From: the human T2T-CHM13v2.0 reference genome, Homo sapiens
Assembly (NCBI RefSeq): GCF_009914755.1
Contig: NC_060930.1
Reading direction: 5' to 3' (one strand)
DNA: 64,000 nt
Positions 52,497 to 64,000 of the stretch are shown here, piece after piece; positions within the stretch are counted from its first letter, which is position 1, and every line of letters begins with the position of its first letter. The notes below the pieces were generated by a model that was given only the letters and a program-made list of their open reading frames with translations, did not search any database and was not told where the DNA came from. A program made the position numbers and the translations under genes.

Positions 52497-55400
52497 TCTG
52501 TGTTCAACTCACAGAGTTTAACATTTCCTTTGATAGAGCGGTTTAGTAACCCTCTCTTTGTAGAATTTGGAAGTGTATACTAAGAGCGCTTTGAGGCCTA
52601 TGGTAGAAAAGGAAATATCTTTCCATAAAAGCTAGACAGAAGCAATCTCAGAAACTCCTCTGTGATGTCTGCATTCAACTCACCGAGTGGAACATTCCTC
52701 TTGATAGAGCAGTTTGGAAACACTCTTTCTGTAGAATCAGCTTGTTTGTATTTGGACCTCCTTGAGGCCTTCGTTGGAAACGGGTTTTCATCTTATAAAC
52801 CCAGACAGAAGAATTCTCAGAGTCTTCTTTGTGATGTGTGCTTTCACCTCACCGAGATAAAGATTTCTCTTGATAGAGCAATTTGGAAACACTCTTTTTG
52901 TAGAATTTGCAAGGGTACATTGAGAGCGCTTTCAGGCCTATGGTAGAAAAGGGAATATCTTTCCATAAAAGGTAGACAGAAGCAATCTCAGAAACTACTT
53001 TGTGATGTGTGCATTCAACTCACCGAGTGCAACGTTCCTCTTGACCGAGCAGTTTGGAAACATTGTTTCTGTAGAATCTGCAAGTGGATATTTGGACCTC
53101 TTTGAGGCCTTCGTTGGAAACGGGATTTCTTCCTATAAACCCAGACAGAAGAATTCTCAGAGACTTCTTTGTGATGTGTGAATTCAACTCACAGTGTGGA
53201 TCCTTCCTTTTGATAGAGCAGTTTTGAAACCCTGTTTTTGTAGTATTTCCAAGCGGATATTCGGAACGCCTTGAAGCGTATGGTAGAAAAGGAAATATCT
53301 TCCCATAAAACCTAGACAGAACCAATCTCAGAAACGACTTTGTGATGTCTGCATTCAAGTCACAGAGTTGAACATTTCTCTTGATAGAGCAGTTTTGAAA
53401 CCCTCTTTCTGAAGGATCTGCAAGTGGATATTTGGAACTCCTTTGGGTCTTCGTTGGAAACGGGATTTCTTCGTATAAATCTAGACAGAAGAATTCTCCG
53501 AAACTTCTTTGGTTGTGTGCATTCAAGTCACAGAGTGGAACCTTCCTTTGGATAGAGCAGTTTGAAACGCCGTGGTTGTAGTATTTCCAAGCGGATATTA
53601 GAGCGCCTTGAGGCCTATGGTAGAAAAGGAAATATCTTCCCATAAAACCTAGACGGAAGCAATCTCAGAAACTACTGTGTGATGGCTGCATTCCACACAC
53701 ACGGTGGAACATTTCTCTTGATAGAGCAGTTTTGAAACACTCTTTCTGTAGAATCTGCAAGTGGATAATTGGACCGCCTTGAGGCCTTCGTTGGAAACGG
53801 GATTTCTTCATGTTACTCTAGATAGAAGAATTCTCAAACACTGCTATGTGATGTTTGCATTCAAGTCACAGAGTGCAACATTCCTCTTGGTAGAGCAGTT
53901 GGGAAACACTCCTTTTGTAGAATCTGCAATGGGATATTTGGACTTCTTTGAGGCCTTCGTTGGAAACGGGATTTCTTCGTATGAATCTAGACAGAAGAAT
54001 TCTCAGAAACTTCCTTGTGATGTGTGCATTCAACTCAGCGAGTGGCACCTTCCTTTGGATACAGCAGTTTTGAAACACTGTTTTTGTAGTATTTCCAAGC
54101 GGATATTTAGAGCGCCTTGAAGCCTATGCTAGAAATGGAAATATCTCCCCATAAAACCAAGACAGAAGCAATCTCAGAAACTAATGTGTGATGGCTGCAT
54201 TCCACACACACGGTGGACCATTTCTCTTGATAGAGCAGTTTTGAAACACTCTTTCTGTAGAATCTGCAAGTGGATAATTGGACCTCCTAGAGGCCTTCGT
54301 TGGAAACGGGATTTCTTCATCTAAACCTACAGAGAAGAATTCTCAGTAACTTCTTCGGATGTGTGCATTCGACGCACAGAATGGAACATTCCCTTTGATA
54401 GAGCAGTTTTGAGACACCGTTTTTGTAGAATTCCCAAGTGGATATTTAGAGCACTTTGAAGTCTCTGCTAGAAAAGGAAACATCTTCATGTAAAAAGTAG
54501 ATAGAATCGTTCTCAGAAAGTGCTTAGTGACGTGTGCGTTCAACTCACAGAGTTTAACGTTTCTTTTGATAGAGCGTTTCTGAAACACCCTTCTTGTAGT
54601 AGCTGCAAGTGGATATTTGGACCTATTGGAGGCCTTCTTTGGAAATGGGATTTCTTCATGTAACTCTAGATTGAAGAGTTCTCAGAAACTCCTTTGTGAT
54701 GTGTGCATTCAATTCAAAGAGTGAAACCTCCCTTTTCACAGAGCAGTTTTGAAACACTGTTTTTGTAGGATTTCCAAGGGGATATTTATAGCGCATTGAG
54801 CCTACGGCGGAAAAAGAAACATCTTCCTATAAAAACTAGACAGAATACTTCTCAGAATCTGCTTTGCGATGTGTGCGTTCAACTCACAGAGTAAAACTTT
54901 TCTTTTGATAGAGCAGTTTTGAAACACTCTTTTTGTAGTATTTGCATGTGTATATTTAGAGCGCATTGAAGCCCACAGTAGAAAAGGAAATAACTTCACC
55001 TAAAACCTAGACAGAAGCAATCTCAGAAACTACTTTGTGATGTGTACATTCAACTCACAGAGTGGAACTTTCCTCTTTATAGAGCAGTGTTGAAACACTC
55101 TTTTTGTAGAAACTGCAAGTGGATATTTGGACCTCTTTGAGGCCTTCGTTGGAAACGGGATTTCTTCCTATAACCCTAGACAGAAGAATTTTCAGAAACC
55201 TCATTGTGATGTGTGCGTTCATCTCACAGAGTGGAGTCTTCCGTTTGATAGAGAAGTTTTGAAACCCTGTTCTTGTAGGATTTCCAAGTGGATATTTAGA
55301 CCACTTTGAAGCCTATGATAGAAAAGGAAACATCTTCATGGAAAACATAGATAGAATCATCCTCAGAAACAACTTTGTGATGTGTGCGTTGAACTCACCA

Positions 55401-55553
55401 TCTTTAACCTTTCTTTTGGTAGAGAAGTTTTGAAACACTCTCTTTGTAAAGTCTACAAGTGGATATTTTGAGCCCTTGGAGGCATTCTTTGGAAAAGGGA
55501 ATGTCTTCACATAAAAGGCAGACGGAAGTGTTCTCAGAAACTGCTTTGTGATG
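52497..55553 (+). repeat. HOR unit U19, 18-mer with several variants
   Basis: 3057 bp period. Confidence 0.95.
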
Positions 55554-58104
55554 TCTGTGTTCAACTCACAGAGTTTAACATTTCCTTTGATAGAGCGGTT
55601 TAGTAACCCTCTCTTTGTAGAATTTGGAAGTGTATACTAAGAGCGCTTTGAGGCCTATGGTAGAAAAGGAAATATCTTTCCATAAAAGCTAGACAGAAGC
55701 AATCTCAGAAACTCCTTTGCGATGTCTGCATTCAACTCACCGAGTGGAACATTCCTCTTGAGAGAGCAGTTTGGAAACACTCTTTCTGTAGAATCAGCTT
55801 GTTTGTATTTGGACCTCCTTGAGGCCTTCGTTGGAAACGGGTTTTCATCTTATAAACCCAGACAGAAGAATTCTCAGAGTCTTCTTTGTGATGTGTGCTT
55901 TCAACTCACCGAGATAAAGATTTCTCTTGATAGAGCAATTTGGAAACACTCTTTTTGTAGAATTTGCAAGGGTACATTGAGAGCGCTTTCAGGCCTATGG
56001 TAGAAAAGGGAATATCTTTCCATAAAAGGTAGACAGAAGCAATCTCAGAAACTACTTTGTGATGTGTGCATTCAACTCACCGAGTGCAACGTTCCTCTTG
56101 ACCGAGCAGTTTGGAAACATTGTTTCTGTAGAATCTGCAAGTGGATATTTGGACCTCTTTGAGGCCTTCGTTGGAAACGGGATTTCTTCCTATAAACCCA
56201 GACAGAAGAATTCTCAGAGACTTCTTTGTGATGTGTGAATTCAACTCACAGTGTGGATCCTTCCTTTTGATAGAGCAGTTTTGAAACCCTGTTTTTGTAG
56301 TATTTCCAAGCGGATATTTGGAACGCCTTGAAGCGTATGGTAGAAAAGGAAATATCTTCCCATAAAACCTAGACAGAACCAATCTCAGAAACGACTTTGT
56401 GATGTCTGCATTCAAGTCACAGAGTTGAACATTTCTCTTGATAGAGCAGTTTTGAAACCCTCTTTCTGAAGGATCTGCAAGTGGATATTTGGAACTCCTT
56501 TGGGTCTTCGTTGGAAACGGGATTTCTTCGTATAAATCTAGACAGAAGAATTCTCAGAAACTTCCTTGTGATGTGTGCATTCAACTCAGCGAGTGGCACC
56601 TTCCTTTGGATACAGCAGTTTTGAAACACTGTTTTTGTAGTATTTCCAAGCGGATATTTAGAGCGCCTTGAAGCCTATGCTAGAAATGGAAATATCTCCC
56701 CATAAAACCAAGACGGAAGCAATCTCAGAAACTAATGTGTGATGGCTGCATTCCACACACACGGTGGACCATTTCTCTTGATAGAGCAGTTTTGAAACAC
56801 TCTTTCTGTAGAATCTGCAAGTGGATAATTGGACCTCCGAGAGGCCTTCGTTGGAAACGGGATTTCTTCATCTAAACCTACAGAGAAGTATTCTCAGTAA
56901 CTTCTTCGGATGTGTGCATTCGACGCACAGAATGGAACATTCCCTTTGATAGAGCAGTTTTGAGACACCGTTTTTGTAGAATTCCCAAGTGGATATTTAG
57001 AGCACTTTGAAGTCTCTGCTAGAAAAGGAAACATCATCATGTAAAAAGTAGATAGAATCGTTCTCAGAAAGTGCTTAGTGTCGTGTGCGTTCAACTCACA
57101 GAGTTTAACGTTTCTTTTGATAGAGCGTTTCTGAAACACCCTTCTTGTAGTAGCTGCAAGTGGATATTTGGACCTATTGGAGGCCTTCTTTGGAAACGGG
57201 ATTTCTTCATGTAACTCTAGATTGAAGAATTCTCAGAAACTCCTTTGTGATCTGTGCATTCAATTCAAAGAGTGAAACCTCTCTTTTCACAGAGCAGTTT
57301 TGAAACACTGTTTTTGTAGGATTTCCAAGGGGATATTTATAGCGCATTGAGCCTACGGCGGAAAAAGAAACATCTTCCTATAAAAACTAGACAGAATACT
57401 TCTCAGAATCTGCTTTGCGATGTGTGCGTTCAACTCACAGAGTAAAACTTTTCTTTTGATAGAGCAGTTTTGAAACACTCTTTTTGTAGTATTTGCATGT
57501 GTATATTTAGAGCGCATTGAAGCCCACAGTAGAAAAGGAAATAACTTCACCTAAAACCTAGACAGAAGCAATCTCAGAAACTACTTTGTGATGTGTACAT
57601 TCAACTCACAGAGTGGAACTTTCCTCTTTATAGAGCAGTGTTGAAACACTCTTTTTGTAGAAACTGCAAGTGGATATTTGGACCTCTTTGAGGCCTTCGT
57701 TGGAAACGGGATTTCTTCCTATAACCCTAGACAGAAGAATTTTCAGAAACCTCATTGTGATGTGTGCGTTCATCTCACAGAGTGGAGTCTTCCGTTTGAT
57801 AGAGAAGTTTTGAAACCCTGTTCTTGTAGGATTTCCAAGTGGATATTTAGACCACTTTGAAGCCTATGATAGAAAAGGAAACATCTTCATGGAAAACATA
57901 GATAGAATCATCCTCAGAAACAACTTTGTGATGTGTGCGTTGAACTCACCGTCTTTAACCTTTCTTTTGGTAGAGAAGTTTTGAAACACTCTCTTTGTAA
58001 AGTCTACAAGTGGATATTTTGAGCCCTTGGAGGCATTCTTTGGAAAAGGGAATGTCTTCACATAAAAGGCAGACGGAAGTGTTCTCAGAAACTGCTTTGT
58101 GATG
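55554..58104 (+). repeat. HOR unit U20, 15-mer
   Basis: 2551 bp period, standard junction. Confidence 0.95.
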
Positions 58105-61100
58105 TCTGTGTTCAACTCACAGAGTTTAACATTTCCTTTGATAGAGCGGTTTAGTAACCCTCTCTTTGTAGAATTTGGAAGTGTATACTAAGAGCGCTTT
58201 GAGGCCTATGGTAGAAAAGGAAATATCTTTCCATAAAAGCTAGACAGAAGCAATCTCAGAAACTCCTTTGCGATGTCTGCATTCAACTCACCGAGTGGAA
58301 CATTCCTCTTGAGAGAGCAGTTTGGAAACACTCTTTCTGTAGAATCAGCTTGTTTGTATTTGGACCTCCTTGAGGCCTTCGTTGGAAACGGGTTTTCATC
58401 TTATAAACCCAGACAGAAGAATTCTCAGAGTCTTCTTTGTGATGTGTGCTTTCAACTCACCGAGATAAAGATTTCTCTTGATAGAGCAATTTGGAAACAC
58501 TCTTTTTGTAGAATTTGCAAGGGTACATTGAGAGCGCTTTCAGGCCTATGGTAGAAAAGGGAATATCTTTCCATAAAAGGTAGACAGAAGCAATCTCAGA
58601 AACTACTTTGTGATGTGTGCATTCAACTCACCGAGTGCAACGTTCCTCTTGACCGAGCAGTTTGGAAACATTGTTTCTGTAGAATCTGCAAGTGGATATT
58701 TGGACCTCTTTGAGGCCTTCGTTGGAAACGGGATTTCTTCCTATAAACCCAGACAGAAGAATTCTCAGAGACTTCTTTGTGATGTGTGAATTCAACTCAC
58801 AGTGTGGATCCTTCCTTTTGATAGAGCAGTTTTGAAACCCTGTTTTTGTAGTATTTCCAAGCGGATATTTGGAACGCCTTGAAGCGTATGGTAGAAAAGG
58901 AAATATCTTCCCATAAAACCTAGACAGAACCAATCTCAGAAACGACTTTGTGATGTCTGCATTCAAGTCACAGAGTTGAACATTTCTCTTGATAGAGCAG
59001 TTTTGAAACCCTCTTTCTGAAGGATCTGCAAGTGGATATTTGGAACTCCTTTGGGTCTTCGTTGGAAACGGGATTTCTTCGTATAAATCTAGACAGAAGA
59101 ATTCTCCGAAACTTCTTTGGTTGTGTGCATTCAAGTCACAGAGTGGAACCTTCCTTTGGATAGAGCAGTTTGAAACGCCGTGGTTGTAGTATTTCCAAGC
59201 GGATATTAGAGCGCCTTGAGGCCTATGGTAGAAAAGGAAATATCTTCCCATAAAACCTAGACGGAAGCAATCTCAGAAACTACTGTGTGATGGCTGCATT
59301 CCACACACACGGTGGAACATTTCTCTTGATAGAGCAGTTTTGAAACACTCTTTCTGTAGAATCTGCAAGTGGATAATTGGACCGCCTTGAGGCCTTCGTT
59401 GGAAACGGGATTTCTTCATGTTACTCTAGATAGAAGAATTCTCAAACACTGCTATGTGATGTTTGCATTCAAGTCACAGAGTGCAACATTCCTCTTGGTA
59501 GAGCAGTTGGGAAACACTCCTTTTGTAGAATCTGCAATGGGATATTTGGACTTCTTTGAGGCCTTCGTTGGAAACGGGATTTCTTCGTATGAATCTAGAC
59601 AGAAGAATTCTCAGAAACTTCCTTGTGATGTGTGCATTCAACTCAGCGAGTGGCACCTTCCTTTGGATACAGCAGTTTTGAAACACTGTTTTTGTAGTAT
59701 TTCCAAGCGGATATTTAGAGCGCCTTGAAGCCTATGCTAGAAATGGAAATATCTCCCCATAAAACCAAGACAGAAGCAATCTCAGAAACTAATGTGTGAT
59801 GGCTGCATTCCACACACACGGTGGACCATTTCTCTTGATAGAGCAGTTTTGAAACACTCTTTCTGTAGAATCTGCAAGTGGATAATTGGACCTCCTAGAG
59901 GCCTTCGTTGGAAACGGGATTTCTTCATCTAAACCTACAGAGAAGAATTCTCAGTAACTTCTTCGGATGTGTGCATTCGACGCACAGAATGGAACATTCC
60001 CTTTGATAGAGCAGTTTTGAGACACCGTTTTTGTAGAATTCCCAAGTGGATATTTAGAGCACTTTGAAGTCTCTGCTAGAAAAGGAAACATCTTCATGTA
60101 AAAAGTAGATAGAATCGTTCTCAGAAAGTGCTTAGTGACGTGTGCGTTCAACTCACAGAGTTTAACGTTTCTTTTGATAGAGCGTTTCTGAAACACCCTT
60201 CTTGTAGTAGCTGCAAGTGGATATTTGGACCTATTGGAGGCCTTCTTTGGAAATGGGATTTCTTCATGTAACTCTAGATTGAAGAGTTCTCAGAAACTCC
60301 TTTGTGATGTGTGCATTCAATTCAAAGAGTGAAACCTCCCTTTTCACAGAGCAGTTTTGAAACACTGTTTTTGTAGGATTTCCAAGGGGATATTTATAGC
60401 GCATTGAGCCTACGGCGGAAAAAGAAACATCTTCCTATAAAAACTAGACAGAATACTTCTCAGAATCTGCTTTGCGATGTGTGCGTTCAACTCACAGAGT
60501 AAAACTTTTCTTTTGATAGAGCAGTTTTGAAACACTCTTTTTGTAGTATTTGCATGTGTATATTTAGAGCGCATTGAAGCCCACAGTAGAAAAGGAAATA
60601 ACTTCACCTAAAACCTAGACAGAAGCAATCTCAGAAACTACTTTGTGATGTGTACATTCAACTCACAGAGTGGAACTTTCCTCTTTATAGAGCAGTGTTG
60701 AAACACTCTTTTTGTAGAAACTGCAAGTGGATATTTGGACCTCTTTGAGGCCTTCGTTGGAAACGGGATTTCTTCCTATAACCCTAGACAGAAGAATTTT
60801 CAGAAACCTCATTGTGATGTGTGCGTTCATCTCACAGAGTGGAGTCTTCCGTTTGATAGAGAAGTTTTGAAACCCTGTTCTTGTAGGATTTCCAAGTGGA
60901 TATTTAGACCACTTTGAAGCCTATGATAGAAAAGGAAACATCTTCATGGAAAACATAGATAGAATCATCCTCAGAAACAACTTTGTGATGTGTGCGTTGA
61001 ACTCACCGTCTTTAACCTTTCTTTTGGTAGAGAAGTTTTGAAACACTCTCTTTGTAAAGTCTACAAGTGGATATTTTGAGCCCTTGGAGGCATTCTTTGG

Positions 61101-64000
61101 AAAAGGGAATGTCTTCACATAAAAGGCAGACGGAAGTGTTCTCAGAAACTGCTTTGTGATGTCTGTGTTCAACTCACAGAGTTTAACATTTCCTTTGATA
61201 GAGCGGTTTAGTAACCCTCTCTTTGTAGAATTTGGAAGTGTATACTAAGAGCGCTTTGAGGCCTATGGTAGAAAAGGAAATATCTTTCCATAAAAGCTAG
61301 ACAGAAGCAATCTCAGAAACTCCTTTGCGATGTCTGCATTCAACTCACCGAGTGGAACATTCCTCTTGAGAGAGCAGTTTGGAAACACTCTTTCTGTAGA
61401 ATCAGCTTGTTTGTATTTGGACCTCCTTGAGGCCTTCGTTGGAAACGGGTTTTCATCTTATAAACCCAGACAGAAGAATTCTCAGAGTCTTCTTTGTGAT
61501 GTGTGCTTTCAACTCACCGAGATAAAGATTTCTCTTGATAGAGCAATTTGGAAACACTCTTTTTGTAGAATTTGCAAGGGTACATTGAGAGCGCTTTCAG
61601 GCCTATGGTAGAAAAGGGAATATCTTTCCATAAAAGGTAGACAGAAGCAATCTCAGAAACTACTTTGTGATGTGTGCATTCAACTCACCGAGTGCAACGT
61701 TCCTCTTGACCGAGCAGTTTGGAAACATTGTTTCTGTAGAATCTGCAAGTGGATATTTGGACCTCTTTGAGGCCTTCGTTGGAAACGGGATTTCTTCCTA
61801 TAAACCCAGACAGAAGAATTCTCAGAGACTTCTTTGTGATGTGTGAATTCAACTCACAGTGTGGATCCTTCCTTTTGATAGAGCAGTTTTGAAACCCTGT
61901 TTTTGTAGTATTTCCAAGCGGATATTTGGAACGCCTTGAAGCGTATGGTAGAAAAGGAAATATCTTCCCATAAAACCTAGACAGAACCAATCTCAGAAAC
62001 GACTTTGTGATGTCTGCATTCAAGTCACAGAGTTGAACATTTCTCTTGATAGAGCAGTTTTGAAACCCTCTTTCTGAAGGATCTGCAAGTGGATATTTGG
62101 AACTCCTTTGGGTCTTCGTTGGAAACGGGATTTCTTCGTATAAATCTAGACAGAAGAATTCTCCGAAACTTCTTTGGTTGTGTGCATTCAAGTCACAGAG
62201 TGGAACCTTCCTTTGGATAGAGCAGTTTGAAACGCCGTGGTTGTAGTATTTCCAAGCGGATATTAGAGCGCCTTGAGGCCTATGGTAGAAAAGGAAATAT
62301 CTTCCCATAAAACCTAGACGGAAGCAATCTCAGAAACTACTGTGTGATGGCTGCATTCCACACACACGGTGGAACATTTCTCTTGATAGAGCAGTTTTGA
62401 AACACTCTTTCTGTAGAATCTGCAAGTGGATAATTGGACCGCCTTGAGGCCTTCGTTGGAAACGGGATTTCTTCATGTTACTCTAGATAGAAGAATTCTC
62501 AAACACTGCTATGTGATGTTTGCATTCAAGTCACAGAGTGCAACATTCCTCTTGGTAGAGCAGTTGGGAAACACTCCTTTTGTAGAATCTGCAATGGGAT
62601 ATTTGGACTTCTTTGAGGCCTTCGTTGGAAACGGGATTTCTTCGTATGAATCTAGACAGAAGAATTCTCAGAAACTTCCTTGTGATGTGTGCATTCAACT
62701 CAGCGAGTGGCACCTTCCTTTGGATACAGCAGTTTTGAAACACTGTTTTTGTAGTATTTCCAAGCGGATATTTAGAGCGCCTTGAAGCCTATGCTAGAAA
62801 TGGAAATATCTCCCCATAAAACCAAGACAGAAGCAATCTCAGAAACTAATGTGTGATGGCTGCATTCCACACACACGGTGGACCATTTCTCTTGATAGAG
62901 CAGTTTTGAAACACTCTTTCTGTAGAATCTGCAAGTGGATAATTGGACCTCCTAGAGGCCTTCGTTGGAAACGGGATTTCTTCATCTAAACCTACAGAGA
63001 AGAATTCTCAGTAACTTCTTCGGATGTGTGCATTCGACGCACAGAATGGAACATTCCCTTTGATAGAGCAGTTTTGAGACACCGTTTTTGTAGAATTCCC
63101 AAGTGGATATTTAGAGCACTTTGAAGTCTCTGCTAGAAAAGGAAACATCTTCATGTAAAAAGTAGATAGAATCGTTCTCAGAAAGTGCTTAGTGACGTGT
63201 GCGTTCAACTCACAGAGTTTAACGTTTCTTTTGATAGAGCGTTTCTGAAACACCCTTCTTGTAGTAGCTGCAAGTGGATATTTGGACCTATTGGAGGCCT
63301 TCTTTGGAAATGGGATTTCTTCATGTAACTCTAGATTGAAGAGTTCTCAGAAACTCCTTTGTGATGTGTGCATTCAATTCAAAGAGTGAAACCTCCCTTT
63401 TCACAGAGCAGTTTTGAAACACTGTTTTTGTAGGATTTCCAAGGGGATATTTATAGCGCATTGAGCCTACGGCGGAAAAAGAAACATCTTCCTATAAAAA
63501 CTAGACAGAATACTTCTCAGAATCTGCTTTGCGATGTGTGCGTTCAACTCACAGAGTAAAACTTTTCTTTTGATAGAGCAGTTTTGAAACACTCTTTTTG
63601 TAGTATTTGCATGTGTATATTTAGAGCGCATTGAAGCCCACAGTAGAAAAGGAAATAACTTCACCTAAAACCTAGACAGAAGCAATCTCAGAAACTACTT
63701 TGTGATGTGTACATTCAACTCACAGAGTGGAACTTTCCTCTTTATAGAGCAGTGTTGAAACACTCTTTTTGTAGAAACTGCAAGTGGATATTTGGACCTC
63801 TTTGAGGCCTTCGTTGGAAACGGGATTTCTTCCTATAACCCTAGACAGAAGAATTTTCAGAAACCTCATTGTGATGTGTGCGTTCATCTCACAGAGTGGA
63901 GTCTTCCGTTTGATAGAGAAGTTTTGAAACCCTGTTCTTGTAGGATTTCCAAGTGGATATTTAGACCACTTTGAAGCCTATGATAGAAAAGGAAACATCT
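58105..64000 (+). repeat. HOR units U21 and U22, 18-mers (U22 truncated by the window end)
   Basis: 3057 bp period; U22 starts at 61162 and contains the 506 bp segment. Confidence 0.95.

Larger units (their letters stand above)
1..64000 (+). repeat. Alpha satellite higher-order repeat array, probably human chr6 D6Z1 (S1C6H1L): 18-mer with interspersed 15-mer variants
   Basis: ~170 bp monomers carry alphoid motifs (TCTCAGAAAC, GTGTGCATTCAACTCACAGAG, GATAGAGCAGTTTTGAAAC) and CENP-B boxes CTTCGTTGGAAACGGGA. The ORF track recurs at exact periods of 3057 or 2551 bp. Alpha satellite identity is essentially certain. The D6Z1 name rests on the recalled ~3 kb, 18-monomer BamHI unit. Confidence 0.97.

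Noticed and set aside
273-63825. CRISPR-like regularly spaced conserved 17-mer
   Set aside because: These are CENP-B boxes. The intervening sequences are homologous monomers rather than unique spacers, and no cas genes are present.
169-63974. Recurrent ORFs of 60-207 aa on both strands
   Set aside because: They are translations of alpha satellite. They repeat internally with the monomer period (FQNCSIKR, EAFVGNG), overlap on opposite strands, change with the 506 bp deletion, and resemble no protein family I recognise.
1-64000. Transposon insertion, inversion or array edge
   Set aside because: The periods of 3057 and 2551 bp account for the whole window in a single orientation, leaving no room for foreign sequence.
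1-64000. Promoters or ncRNA genes (TATAAA-like motifs, centromeric transcripts)
   Set aside because: TATAAA strings are ordinary monomer sequence. Alphoid transcription is known, but no transcription unit can be delimited from sequence alone.

Overview
The whole 64 kb window is a continuous head-to-tail array of primate centromeric alpha satellite (~170 bp monomers) organised as a highly homogeneous higher-order repeat (HOR). The main unit is 3057 bp (18 monomers) with one BamHI site and 7 intact CENP-B boxes. This fits the human chromosome 6 live centromeric array D6Z1 (S1C6H1L, suprachromosomal family 1); the assignment comes from recalled unit size and structure, not from a database search. 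Taking position 1 as the phase origin, there are 22 units (U1-U22) starting at 1, 3058, 5609, 8666, 11723, 14780, 17837, 20894, 23951, 26502, 29053, 32110, 34661, 37718, 40775, 43832, 46889, 49946, 52497, 55554, 58105 and 61162. Six units (U2, U9, U10, U12, U18, U20) are a 2551 bp 15-mer lacking 506 bp. I found no genes, transposons, CRISPR arrays or inversions, and all listed ORFs are by-products of the repeat. I found no new gene-based system. The interesting signal is the record of array evolution: internal duplications inside the HOR, two 15-mer lineages, an atypical deletion junction, and recombinant or converted units. SNP calls were made by eye and may be incomplete. 'HOR position' means the equivalent coordinate in U1.
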